DNA of 64,000 nucleotides from Azolla caroliniana (lineage: Eukaryota > Plantae > Polypodiophyta), in the NCBI GenBank assembly GCA_043228905.1, contig JBHGNT010000001.1, forward strand, positions 28,086,001 to 28,150,000, in the 5' to 3' direction. The notes under the pieces are model-generated. The model had not been told where the DNA came from and did no database searches. It worked only from the letters and a program-made list of their open reading frames with translations. Within the stretch, counting starts at the first letter, position 1. The number at the start of each line of letters is the position of its first letter. Below, in pieces: positions 1 through 12,436 of the stretch. The translations under genes were made by a program, and so were the position numbers.

Positions 1-400
1 GTCTTATAGGCCATTCTGGAACTTTTCTCTTAAAAGACACTAATATATATCTTTCTTTCTTACAATGTACAGCATTTAAATTTATGAAGATCAGTGCCAA
101 TTTCATGAAGACTGACACAAAGAAAGCACCTTTCTTACAGAATAGCAAATACAGATAATTACATCATCCTACACATAAAGGATGAAAATACAGAATTTGA
201 ATAATGGCATGCATAAAATGAGATCATTCACACTTCATAGATTCTCTTTTAGTTTGCAAATGCTTTGTATATCTAATATACAAAGAAAATAGCCAGAAAA
301 GTTGGTCAGTTTACTTGATCCAATGTAAATTATTTAACGATGATCATATCAACCAAAGCCACAGTTCATTGCAAACTAGTTGTTTTTGAGAGGAGAGAAA
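1..400 (-). pseudogene. Decayed malectin-domain coding remnant directly downstream of the LRR gene
   Basis: Minus-strand fragments read FAMNCG (about 357-376), GAFFVS (about 113-132) and KFQN (about 12-25). They appear in the order expected for the start of an LRR-VIII malectin domain (SF.INCGG ... ASFFVS ... ELFQ) but are separated by stops and frameshifts. Recognised by eye only. Confidence 0.35.
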
Positions 401-3400
401 AAGAATAAGGCTGGATTTTCCAGTGACAGTACAATCTACCACACACTGGAGAATGCTTATAAAATAAAGGTTAAATGATAATGCTTGTAATTATGATGAA
501 ACCAAGCCATGCTAGGGAAATCTCAAAATAATCTATGAAATTTCCAAAAACACAATGATGATATTACCTGATGTCCTGAGTAGTTTGTTCAAAAAAGTTC
601 CATAACAAATTCCTGCAAGTGTTCAAATGATTGAAATTTATGTTAAAATTTATTTGATTGGAGGAACTTGAGCCTAACCCCCTTCACTAGGCATCGCAAC
701 AAAATACAACATATGAATATTTATTCGCGTACGCTTCAAGAGTGCTTCTATTCACCCATGCTGGAATGGACCCTGAAAATTGATTGTTTGAAACATCCCT
801 ACAGAAATCAACAAAAAACGCATCACATTGAACTTCTCATGGAAAATAACTTATCTGCTTTTCCAGTGAGTTCATAGCTTCTAGAATGCTATCTTATTTG
901 AAAATTTTAAATAAAACCAGAGCTTATGGAATCAACATGGAACTTCTCGGCAGAAAAATATCACTCACAAGTTTGTCAGAAATGGGATTTCACCAAGAAT
1001 GGAGATGTTCCCTTGCAAGTTGTTATTTCCAAGAAACCTAAAGGGAACAGTCAAATGTAAGAATAAATAAGTGATTATATTTATCTAGTATGGTGGTCAC
1101 ATGATTCAATCTAAGTTTCTATAAATGAGCATATTGCATCTTTTAACAACTTCAAACCCCACGTTGGTGAATTATAGAACTCAATTTGTTCTCGAGATGT
1201 AAGGCCCATTTTTCGTTTTTGGACATTTATGTGGTCTCTTCATATTAATCGTTGGGTTGTTTATATCCAGGGACAAATCTGCATGCAGGATTACTGCTGA
1301 ATCCTTGGCACCCGGAATGGGCATTATCCACCTTTGGCACGTGTAAGGATGTTGTGCCAGAATCACCAGTTCATTTCCTAAAGCCCTGTTCACATGTTCA
1401 TGCAGTCTGGTGTTCTGTAACGTCATTCCCATTGCATGATGAATTGCCTTCTGCATTTATCTCTTGTAGTGCACTCCTGTAGTCACAGCATAAATTGGGT
1501 TTGTATTTGTTCTATGAGGGAGTTTCTTTGACCCCTGCCATCATGCTCATGCAACTGGATATTCTCAAGGCACATTGGATATGATGTCTAAGGAGACATA
1601 TTGTTATGATAGATACATTGTTTTTTTGTAGCGTAGATAGTATTACTTTGTGGTGTATGAAGAAGACTCATTGCTCTCATACTCCAAGTTATGGAACTCT
1701 TCCATCTCAGGCTGACTCTAATTAACGTATGATGGAATCTTGTTCATGGCTTCAGGAGTCAATGGGATGCTTCCCTGCACATAGACAGAGGAGAAAGAAG
1801 GCAAACTTTCCTCTTCCTGGGAAATTTTGTTCCATTACTTAGCAATGAAGTCCACCACCACGGTTTATTCTGCACAACTTCCATTAGCATTGACTAAAAA
1901 CTGAGATCCTTAATTTATAGTAGTTGTATATACCAGTGCACAATCATCAGAATTAGGCACTCAGCAATTCCAACGTTTTTTTGTATAGTTGGTAAAACAA
2001 TACAGAAGATTTGATGGCGTTGTTGGTGCAATTGTCCAGTGAAGATCAGAGTATCGTCTGTTCAACCCCTATTTTCCGAATTAGCAACTTGAAGAGTATG
2101 ACAGTAGCAAGTTTTGAACCCATGAGGGTGGGTTGATAACAACATAACTCGCCACCACTATGGTACACCCCTAATGAAAAAAAACAAAGACGAGAATAGA
2201 TAGCTCACAATCTGTTCAGTTTTTGCAAGGAAGCAAATGAGTCTGGAATAGTTCCCGTCAAGTTGTTGAAGGTCAAATCCCTAAGAATCAAAACAAAAAC
2301 TATAAAGATAAACTATTTTCACCTGTTTCCGTGTCAATTCTAACAGAGCCCATATCCAGATTCCTTACAAAAATTGAAGATTGGCTAAGATTCCAAGATC
2401 ATTAGGAAGAGAACCAGTTAGACCATTGTGTCTCAACGATCTGTATGAAATAATTGTTCGTGATAAGATTGTATATTCATGAAAAATTAAAATGGATACT
2501 TCCATTGCATTAAAAGGCAACTGACAAGTAAGTTAAATTTTGAAGGCTAGAGAATGATGATGGAATCGATCCTCCATCAATTAGATCCCCTATGCTCCTA
2601 TTACAAGTAAAAACGAACAAACATCTTTGGTTAGGAAAACAAAAACTAATGTTATAGCTCAAAAATATTCTGATTTCAAATCCTTCTTGACAATTAAATT
2701 TTATTTGGCAAAATTTGAGATTTACAACATGAAGCTTCATAAGAAGAGTTTACAAAAGTAAAAGCTCATATAGAAATTGAATAATGCCATTACGAACATA
2801 GCTGTGTTACCCAACCACATTGCTCTCTCAAGGTGTTGGCCTACCAACGTGCCAACATTTGAGGACCGTGGAATACACTCAGAGATTCATGTCTCAGCCA
2901 CACAAACAACACATACGGGTATGACAAATCATAAACATACAATTCATATCCCCCAAAGGAACCCCAGAACAAAAGGTAATATGCTACATATATGACATAA
3001 GAAACTATCATATTTTAAATAGAAAATATACAAGCTTCATTCAAACTACTTACATGCATTTATAGACCAAGAGAAAAACAAAGACTTGTGTAGTCAATCA
3101 AACCCATGGATTTTTTTTTTCTCATGTAACTAGAGTCAGGATTAATTGGAATCATACACCTATCGGAACTTCATTTTTCCTTCCTTTATAATCAACAGGA
3201 TTCTTGTTGTCATATCAACATGAAAGAAGAGCTTCATTCTTTCATGTTGATATGTCAGGATTAATTGGAATCATACACCTTTCGGAACTTCATTTTTCCT
3301 TCCTTTATAATCAACAGGATTCTTGTTTTCATATCAACATGAAAGAAGAGCTTCATTTGAAGTCTTCAATTCCAATTTTAACTACTAAGTTATTCCTTCT

Positions 3401-6400
3401 GTGTAAAGAAATACAATACTAAACATCAATTACAGGCAGAAACCTGATTAATCAACTTTTTAGAACAAAAACTCACAATGTTTGAATTGACGTTAACGCT
3501 AGAATGCTTGGAGGAATTGGACCTGAAAAGTTGTTTCCATACATTCTCCTGCAAAAATATTTCCCAGCATAAGTGTTTTGTGAATGAACTAGACTAAAAG
3601 TTCTATAATGAGAACCTACGACGTTGACAAGCTACCAAACGCGTGTAGATATATGTCCAGAGAGCATACACAGAAAAATGATTTCATTAAACTTCACAAC
3701 AAAGATAGAAACACAACAGAAAACTAGGCTTGTGTTTTTATTGCACCAAAATTTAAGCGTTCATCAATGCACTTTGATATTTGGGAGTAGCTGTCAGCCA
3801 TAAAACGCAAATTTTTAAGAGTTAATCCATCCTTACTGTGGCTATATGATGGACACAGCTTATATCTACCAGGGTGATTTTGGCAAGAGATATAAAAACG
3901 GAGGAACATACCTACATTGAAACTTCCGTCAGAATATTATCTATCTGCTCATAATACTATCGTTATGAGCATCTCTTAGTTGGACCCACACCTAGGATTG
4001 GAAGGAAGTGCTGGGTCATAAAAGACCACAGGAGACTATTTTTCTGCTGCTCATTCTGACTTAGACTGATAATTTGTTATTGGATGATCATGCCACTTCT
4101 TTGTCAATTGCGCATATTTCCCCCATGGGTCAATGGAGGTGTATAAATAGACAAATGAAACTTCTAACATAAACCTACTCACAGTTCCAAAAGTTGTGAC
4201 ATCCCTCCAAAAACATCTGGGATTTTACCGGAGAAGCCATTGCCAAACATCCAACTGCACAACAGGTGTTAAATGGAATCCAAACTTTAATATGGTTCTC
4301 TAAATTTAGATAAAAATAATTTATCACCAAAAATTCCATGCAGACATACATAGTAGATAAGCGGGTCAATTTACTGAACTCCGTTGGTAATTCTCCAGAA
4401 AGCCCACTGCCATCCATGTACCTAAAAAATAAAGCATATCTTGTAAATACAACTAAAACTTTGAGGAACCACTGTAAAGACTAGAAATAAGTTTGGTAAT
4501 TAGCACTCACAGGCCAGTAAGTGCTGTCAAATTACCAAGTTCTCTTGGGAAAGTTCCTACAAATAGATTGGATCCAAAACCTCTGTAAACAATGAGCAAA
4601 ATCACAACAAAGAACAGAAGGTATTGGAATAAAAATGCAGGGGGCAATACTGGATCTTGTCAAATAGAAAGTAGATTACTAAATTTTTTGAAACGCATTA
4701 ATTTAATCCAATTGAACAGCATATTGGTAATGAAAGAAATTGAGAACCTATATTCAAGTGAAATCTAAATATACAAATATGAGGTCTTATAAAAATTAGC
4801 CTCAATCCTAGAAAGAAAGAAAAATATATTGACATCCTTTAAGAGGCCAAAATGGCCTATCCAATGCTTATATCACACGTTGAAGATTCAGACATTTGCA
4901 CCTATAAGCTAAACCATCTTCAAGTCAAACATTCATTCTTCTAATTAGAATTTCTATCTGTGAAATATTTACTTCACAGCACTATAGTAGGGAACCTAAG
5001 TGTCAACCTTGAGTACCTTTGCTTAAGGAACTCCCAATCCATAAGGCATTGATCACTAATCGGAATCCTCCCTTGGTCATAATTGGGGCTACTCGCATCT
5101 CCACCCAGATTGTACCATGGGCATTGATGATTTGCTCATTACCATACAAGACTCATCAAGACTAAAGGCCATACACCATCAAGCAGCTCTCTTCTCAATG
5201 ATGACCTTACCATCTTCATATACAACCCATTTCCCTTCATTTCATGCATTGCGCACTCGTGGCATGTTTTCTTCGTGTGTGCTACTTGAGTGGGTGTGAG
5301 ATCGTCATCTGAATATACATTGTCACCCTTGAGCGCCCTTCTCTTGGATAGGAAAGCATATATTGGCATCTTCTTGCGGGCTTCCTTTTTCAACCCCAAC
5401 CAACAACTTGTACATGAAATGCGTGAGCTTTCCTTTCGGCTTCTTCTAGTGTACCATCCACACCGGTGCTCCTTTCTTGCTTTCTCACTACCTTTAACCA
5501 AGGTGCGATTTGCTTTAATTACTATTTTAGCATGCTTGGCTTAAACTTTAGCATCTTTGGGCATCTCTGCCCATGATTGCATCTCCTTATTTACATTGCC
5601 TTTAATAGTGGAGATGCTTTTTCCCACTACTTCTTGTCCTTTCTGTAAATCAAACTTCAATAACGAATAGTTTGACCGTATTTGAGGATATTTCATCCTT
5701 CAGGTATTGTGGCATGTCATCCTTGATCGAAGCGTTGATTTACTTATGAAATTGTGATGTCTTTTTGTATGGCTTCTAATAATTCCATCTTTAGAGAGGC
5801 ATGCTAGCTCTTTTGATGAGTTAAGTGCTAGACGCTTGGGAGAGGGCTTTAGTGATTCCATGTGATATCAGTGGCTTGGGGGAGGTGTAATTCCTAATTC
5901 TACTCTGATGATTCCATGTGATATCCATGGCTTGATCCTGCTTGTGCATGCTACCATGATCACCACGGGTCTTTCTAGGGGTAGCCATCCATCATATAAG
6001 TTCCTCTCATCATGTCCGTGTCTCCTTTGGCACACCAATATCGTGTAGCCTCCTCATGAATCTAGCTCGAAGAGCTGTGTCAATTTTCTTATGGAGATCC
6101 ATAAAGCAGCAGAATGCCTTCTTTGCATGTGTTTGCTTCTCCTAAATGATGGCTCTAAGTGTGAATATATAGTACAAAATATCAGGTAGCTGATCCGGTA
6201 GCAACTTTCTTGAAACTTGCTGCCCTAATGTCCAGTATCCATGGCGTCCCATCCAACAGTTTATACCATGTTCTAATCATTTATCAACTGGTATCCATAG
6301 GCTACATAAATTAAATGGCTTTATCATAATTCAATTTCCAAACATGCCCATCATTGAAGTGTATAACATCACAATCGTGAGATATGTTAAACTCACATGC

Positions 6401-8172
6401 TTCGCAAGTTCGTTAGATTTCCTAATTCAGATGGTATTGAACCTGAAAGTTGGTTGATTCCAAAATCGCTGCAATCAAGGATACAGAAAGCAAGAAATAA
6501 TGGATCAGAAAGCATAGGATATTTAACAATTTTGCATCACCTTCACACATACATTGTTACCAATGATGTTAATCTACCAATCTGCGTGGGTATTGAACCA
6601 TAAAAAAGATTCAGACCAGCCGTCCTGTATAAAGAAAAATATATAAACTTTGTAAGGGGCCACCAAGAGTTTCATTAGGAAAATTACGAACCCAAATTGG
6701 GGTTGTGGAAGAATGTCATATCATTGATATTCCATGTGTCAAGATGAAAAATATGCCAGGCTTCAATGTTTATAGAACATGTTTATCTCCACCAATCATC
6801 CTTGAATGCATGCAACATGTGAAGCTTTTTGTTTTGCCCTTGATTAAAAGAAGAATTTGAAAATCATGTACCTTAGTTTGCTACAGTATTAGAATGTAAT
6901 TATATGAAATACTGCATGTGTTCAAGTTGTGAAGCCTATCTTCACTCTCTACCTTGGACATTAGGGTTAGGGTTTTAACAAGTGGGTTAGATGCTAGCTC
7001 GATAATGTCTTCTCTTCCCAGTATAACCTTCAATTAAAGTACTTAGGAAAGATTGTGCTCACTTTAGGTATTTTGCATAATACATTATATACTTAATAAG
7101 GCAGAAATATTAATATGAACCAAAGTATTGCATATACTAAAAGACTCTATCATAGCAAGCATGACTAATACCTTAAACTAAATGAGGATGCAGTTGGTTA
7201 TTGTGTCCAGAAATAATACATGTTAAAGGTTTTTGTTAAAAGAAATAATTGATCAAAGTAAGAATTACTTACAACTCAGTCAAGTATGTCAAGTTCATAA
7301 TTTCCAAAGGTATCTCAGCTGCTATCTCTAGATTGTACATATACCTAATGTCATTCACAACCAGATTAGAACCATCTCAACCACAAGGCAAATCAGCTAA
7401 GAAGGAAAGTATCCAGAGTACCATCTAGAACATTGAAGGAACATACCCTATCAGAATATAATCCCATGGAATTAACAATTCACCATCAAAGTACAAACAA
7501 TTTGACTTCCCTTTATTACTAGTTGTACTTAGATTTCCATATAAGCACCATAAGAGATACTCAAATCAGAAAAAAGACAATATTTATAGCTATTAACTCA
7601 TTAAGGCTCAGCAAAGAATATATGATAACATCATTAAACTGTGTTAGCCTCACAATGTTGTCACATGACAATTCGTCCCTGTACAATCACATTTAATGTA
7701 TGGGGCAGCAACTGTGTTATTCCAGCTACTGCAAGGATCGATGTCAAAGTTCCATTGAGTAAATCCCAGTTTGCTGGCTATGGTCTGCAGTGATGCAACT
7801 GTCAAAGCCCAAAAAGAGTCAGCAGAAAGAAGATGGAATAAGATTATCACGAGACAACATTGAAGTACCAAATAAAGCAAACATAGTAGAGGTAACAATC
7901 TCTCGTCATTCATCACATGTTCTCACTGGGCTCTATCCCTTTCAGTCATAGATAAAATAATCGCACTGCGTTTTCACTGCTTTCAATTATAGACAAAAGG
8001 ATATTTTCCTCATAGCATGCTACCTAATCTATAGCGTAATTCTGATACCTAAGGTCTGTTTCTCATAGATAGATATGAATGATAGATGGATTTTTCATAT
8101 AGATTTTGTCATTTTCCTTCATGAAACCTTATATCAACGAGAAAGTAAAATGTGTAATGCGTGCGCGCGCGC

Positions 8173-8209
<37 letters not shown>

Positions 8210-8317
8210 ACCTTCACCAGGGTCTGTGGTGGTGGAATTCTGTTGAGCTTGAGCGGGAAGAATCCATGGAGAGATGAAGAAGATAATACAAAGTCCAGCG
8301 ATTAGCGATCCACCCAT
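344..8317 (-). CDS. Signal peptide + LRR protein of the LRR-VIII-2 (At1g56130-like LRR-malectin RLK) family; about 420 aa, apparently ending before the malectin, TM and kinase domains
   Basis: Exons, all GT-AG: 8212-8317, 7654-7798, ten 72-bp phase-2 exons (7273-7344, 6553-6624, 6397-6468, 4511-4582, 4350-4421, 4183-4254, 3477-3548, 2526-2597, 2369-2440, 2209-2280), 969-1037, 733-798, 568-612, and a less certain last exon 344-455. Translation gives MGGSLIAGLCIIFFISPWILPAQAQ..TTDPGE, a WN..DPC..IKCDC..CHVT cap, and plant LRRs such as DFGINQLSGSIPSELGNLTNL. Confidence 0.88.
3135..3357. repeat. Intronic 104-bp direct duplication with a fold-back hairpin at the junction
   Basis: 3135-3238 matches 3254-3357 with 2 mismatches. 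3211-3228 is the exact reverse complement of 3237-3254. Confidence 0.9.
4990..6260 (-). mobile_element. Decayed non-LTR retrotransposon 5' part (ORF1 of RTE-X/L2-like type) inside an intron of the LRR gene
   Basis: Frameshifted translation AFLSKRRALKGDNVYSDDDLTP.Q..H.KENMPRVRNA.NEGKWVVYEDGKVII resembles the C-terminal LKG..I...DDLT..GKW.Y.DGK region of such ORF1s. Boundaries are approximate. Confidence 0.5.
8162..8208. repeat. Compound microsatellite (CG)n(GT)n(GA)n at the start of intron 1 of the LRR gene
   Basis: Directly visible dinucleotide runs. Confidence 0.9.
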
Positions 8318-11009
8318 GGCAGCTAGATGATTGACACAGCTGCTGCTAGGTGATCTGTCGTCTAAGACCTTCACTGTGTTATCGCCGACGACTGTACAGA
8401 CAGAGCCAAATCAAGGAAGGAAGCGCCATTGAAATAGTCATCACGTTCACGTGCTCTGTCCCCCCGAAGGAGAAGGAGAAGGGAGGGGGGGGCGGCGGCG
8501 GGGTCCCCACCATAGACCATTCATTAGATAGATTGCGAGGTCCCATCTCCAATTCGTTTTACTCAGTTCAGTTTATGAAGCAAATCAGTCTATTTCAACT
8601 GTATTTTGGGCGGACATTTGTCGGCCCATCGTAAGCCCAACAAACTGATGCGGCCGAGACACCCCGTCACGGGAGCCGTCGTCTCGCCCATCCGGTACTT
8701 TCTACACACCCGCTTTGCTCCTCGCATTGGTTAGGTTTTGTTAGGAAATAAAAATTTGTGGGCGGAACTTTTGAAGTCGATTCCTATTTGATCCCGAATA
8801 GTCGGGTCACCCACGTGCCCTCCGTGCCAAATTCATCTTTAGTTGGGAAAAATGGCGTGGTTCGGAACAGATGCCCATTTCTCGATCTGCCACATAATCA
8901 CTTGATATGTAATAAAAAAATAAAAATAAAAACTTGGAGCGAACAGTCGCTTGTCCCAAGCTTTTGAGGGAGGACAGGGAATGTATCCAGCAAATGGCAA
9001 AAAAAGGACGATACACCTCATCTTACTTGATCATAAGAAGATCAAGTTGCTTTCTTCTTTTTTGCCACTAGGCATTTGCACATTTTGTAATAATATTGCT
9101 TAATCACCAAAAAAATTTGGATCGAAACTCACCCACCTAACAACAATAATGGACTATAAAAGTAGTACCAACTAATGGCTTCCAACCCATGAAAACAATG
9201 TCTCTTTAATAAAATTGCAATGAATTGTATTAGTGTGATTGAATTGCCCAATTACTATAAATGAACTCTAATGCATCAAGGATTAGTTGTAGAAGATTCA
9301 TGGCCATGATCAACCTAAAGGCTTCTCATATCAAGTCGCTTCATACAATACTTTCAAAACACTTGTCTTTAGTACAAATGTCAAACTGGCTTTCGTATTT
9401 ATACTTCATAGTAAAACAAATGTGTTGTCATGTTTACTTAGGCTCCATTTATCATTCTTCTCCCTTATATCAATAATCTAGGTTATTATTGTGTAAATCC
9501 AAACATGACAAATTTGGAAAACGGCTCATGCAATCATTATTTAATAATAACATTAGATTCCATATACTTGTCAATCACAAGTCCTTGGACTATTATGAAC
9601 ATGAAAAAGCATGTCCTAAAAACTTAATTTTATCTAGAAATGATATAAAGAACCCCACAAATTCGACACAAACTTTATCAATTATAGGTCTACTATCTTA
9701 TGTTGCTTAAATTCTTAACGACTAAAATAATTGTATTTTTTGCTTTTGATGTTCATAATTTTTCTTCACGTTTTTAGTTCAACATTATGTATACGAACAC
9801 TTGATTCCACAAAGAAAAAGTATTTTACATCTTGTTGTCCACAATCCAAAGGTAAAAAAATCTTCATATTTTTGGTTTGAGATTCGGATATGAAGAAGAA
9901 CCTCACATATCTGATATATGTGAATACATATAGGAATCACGGATATTCAAAGTAGATGTAAGGATGAGGAGATTCATAGCTCGGGGATTCGTTGATGAAT
10001 AGAAGTGATGTAAATGGAGAAACGACCATACAAGCTAGGAGTGATAATGGATTCCCATTGAGTAAACCATACGACTTATTAAATGACAATATCATTTTAC
10101 TCATACTCAAAGAAGAAAAACAATGGAAGTGTGGATTCCCCTTTTCACTAACAAGAAGAGAGGAAAATGGAGATTCCATATTTTTTACCTAGAAAAATAT
10201 CTACCTTCTCAAGATAAGTATGAGAAATTTAACCTCGTTGAAAGAGCTTATATGTGCTTTACATGTTACGAGATCTAGTAAGCTAAGTTGTGGCTTCTAA
10301 TGGCCCACGGTCCATTACCCAACAAAGTCTTGATGATTACAATATCAAAATATTTCTCTAGATATGGGAGTTGCAAACCAACGCCCCTTGTCAACATCTA
10401 TATGACACATAGTGTGATGTCTTTGGGATTAAGATGCTAATTGTCTCCAAGTTTTTTTAATTAGCGGGATAGGAAAGTGACCCCTATGTTGACTTTTATT
10501 AGAACTACCTTCGTGCAAGTCAATGCTATGAATTTTGAATTTTTGGAGTTGTTCAACATGAATTCGGGAAACAGTTTTTAGGAGATAATTGGTAGTGACA
10601 ATCTAAAGATATGATTAAAATTCAACCCTTCAAATGTGGGCAACGACTTTCTAATGACATAGTTAGGTATGACATTTATTAATGGTGTTGTATACATCTT
10701 TGCATCCTTCAAGTGGCAAAGGAAATTGAGCTTCCCCATTGATCTTGTCACATACAAAACAAACATGGATTTCTTTCCATTTATGCCACATTCCAATAAT
10801 CAACTCTATCCCAATGTAATTTCTGCCATCTTAATCTTTCTGTTGTATAATTTCTACTATCTGTTCTCTCCACTCTATCCCAATGTAATCTAGCTAAGTT
10901 GGGTACCATTTAGTTTCTAGGTAGATAATGACCAAAGATATGACCATGATCCCAAGTTTACATGCAATGGGTTGCAAAGTTGCTTGTTTCTACCGTGTTG
11001 TGTGCATCC

Positions 11010-11503
11010 ATTTTACTTTCAAAAGTCTATGTGTTGTGTTTCACTTGTTTACCTCCTCCATGAAATATTCATGTTCACATGCAGTTTAAGACTAGTCACA
11101 ATCAAACATCTTCTTGAGTATCCAAGTTTCTAAACTCTCTCTTCCAATTTATTATTCCTAGGCATTGCAAACCTTTATTCACACTTGTTCCGAAGAAGAA
11201 CACTCTTATTTCTACTAGCTTTAAATGAACTTAAAACTAACAAGCATTTAAAATCTATTTTACTTTCAAAAGTCTATGTGTTGTGTTTCACTTGTTTACC
11301 TCCTCCATGAAATATTCATGTTCACATGCAGTTTAAGACTAGTCACAATCAAACATCTTCTTGAGTATCCAAGTTTCTAAACTCTCTCTTCCAATTTATT
11401 ATTCCTAGGCATTGCAAACCTTTATTCACACTTGTTCCGAAGAAGAACACTCTTATTTCTACTAGCTTTAAATGAACTTAAAACTAACAAGCATTTAAAA
11501 TCT
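11010..11503. repeat. 247-bp head-to-tail tandem duplication
   Basis: 11010-11256 and 11257-11503 appear identical on reading. Confidence 0.93.
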
Positions 11504-11832
11504 TAGTTGAAATTCTTTCTTGGCATTGATTGAAGGGATAACTCATACTTATTTCTGTTGATGCTACTGTTTGCTTTTTATCCTATTAAATTGGGCATAC
11601 TTTGAAGCATAGAATAACATATTCGCAATCGTGGGGCCTCCCCCACGAACGCATACAAATGCGAATATGAATACAAGTGACAATATTCGCTTTTTATTTT
11701 TATTTTTATTTATTTTTAACTGCTAGCTACTATGAGCGAGCAACACCGAACAATCAGCGAAGAGGCCACACCTTGCATCTTGTCCGCGATGCCTACAACC
11801 TTGCCTCCCCTTGCATATTGCCCTTGACTTGC

Positions 11833-12200
11833 AAATTAGGGTTTTCAACTAAAACCCTAATTTCGACCATATTTCTTCTTCTCAGCTTGCATCTTCGCCT
11901 CCCCATCATCCTTTGAGTGACACATGTACATATTGTTCTCGGCATCCAAACTCAAGGTTTTTCTTAAACCCTAAATTTGGTTGAAATTAGGAACCCTAAT
12001 TAATTAGTTATTTGAGAATTAATTAATGTTTTAGTAAATTAATTCATTATTAGTGAATTAATTAATATTTTAATTCTTGAAACCCTAATTTTGGTTGAAA
12101 TTAGGAACCTTAATTAATTTATTATTAATGAATTAATTAATATTTTTAGTAAATTTGTTATTAATGAATTAATTCTTTTTATAGTAAATTAAATAATTTT
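11833..12200. repeat. AT-rich region with AAACCCTAA-containing hairpin and a duplicated ~39-bp unit; probable TE remnant
   Basis: Perfect 13-bp stem 11833-11845/11851-11863. The unit aaaccctaa.tttggttgaaattaggaacc.taattaatt occurs at about 11967 and 12080, embedded in TTAATTAA-rich sequence. Confidence 0.6.
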
Positions 12201-12436
12201 TATCATATAAATTTAAAGCGAATGGTTCTGTAATATTCTTGGGGTCATTTTGTATTCTCGAATATCATGAATATCACGTATGTGTCAATCTATGCTTTGA
12301 GGTTTGGAGTTTTGTGATATGTGAAAGTCACATGATCTATGTTCCATATTCTCCACCTCATGTGTTCATTTTTCTTCTTTGTGATATGTTGAGATTAGCT
12401 TCACTAGTGAAGAAATGCTATTATTGGAGTAGGAGA

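Noticed and set aside
9200-10950. Short ORFs upstream of the LRR gene
   Set aside because: No recognisable motifs or splice-consistent structure; probably decayed repeat or neutral DNA.
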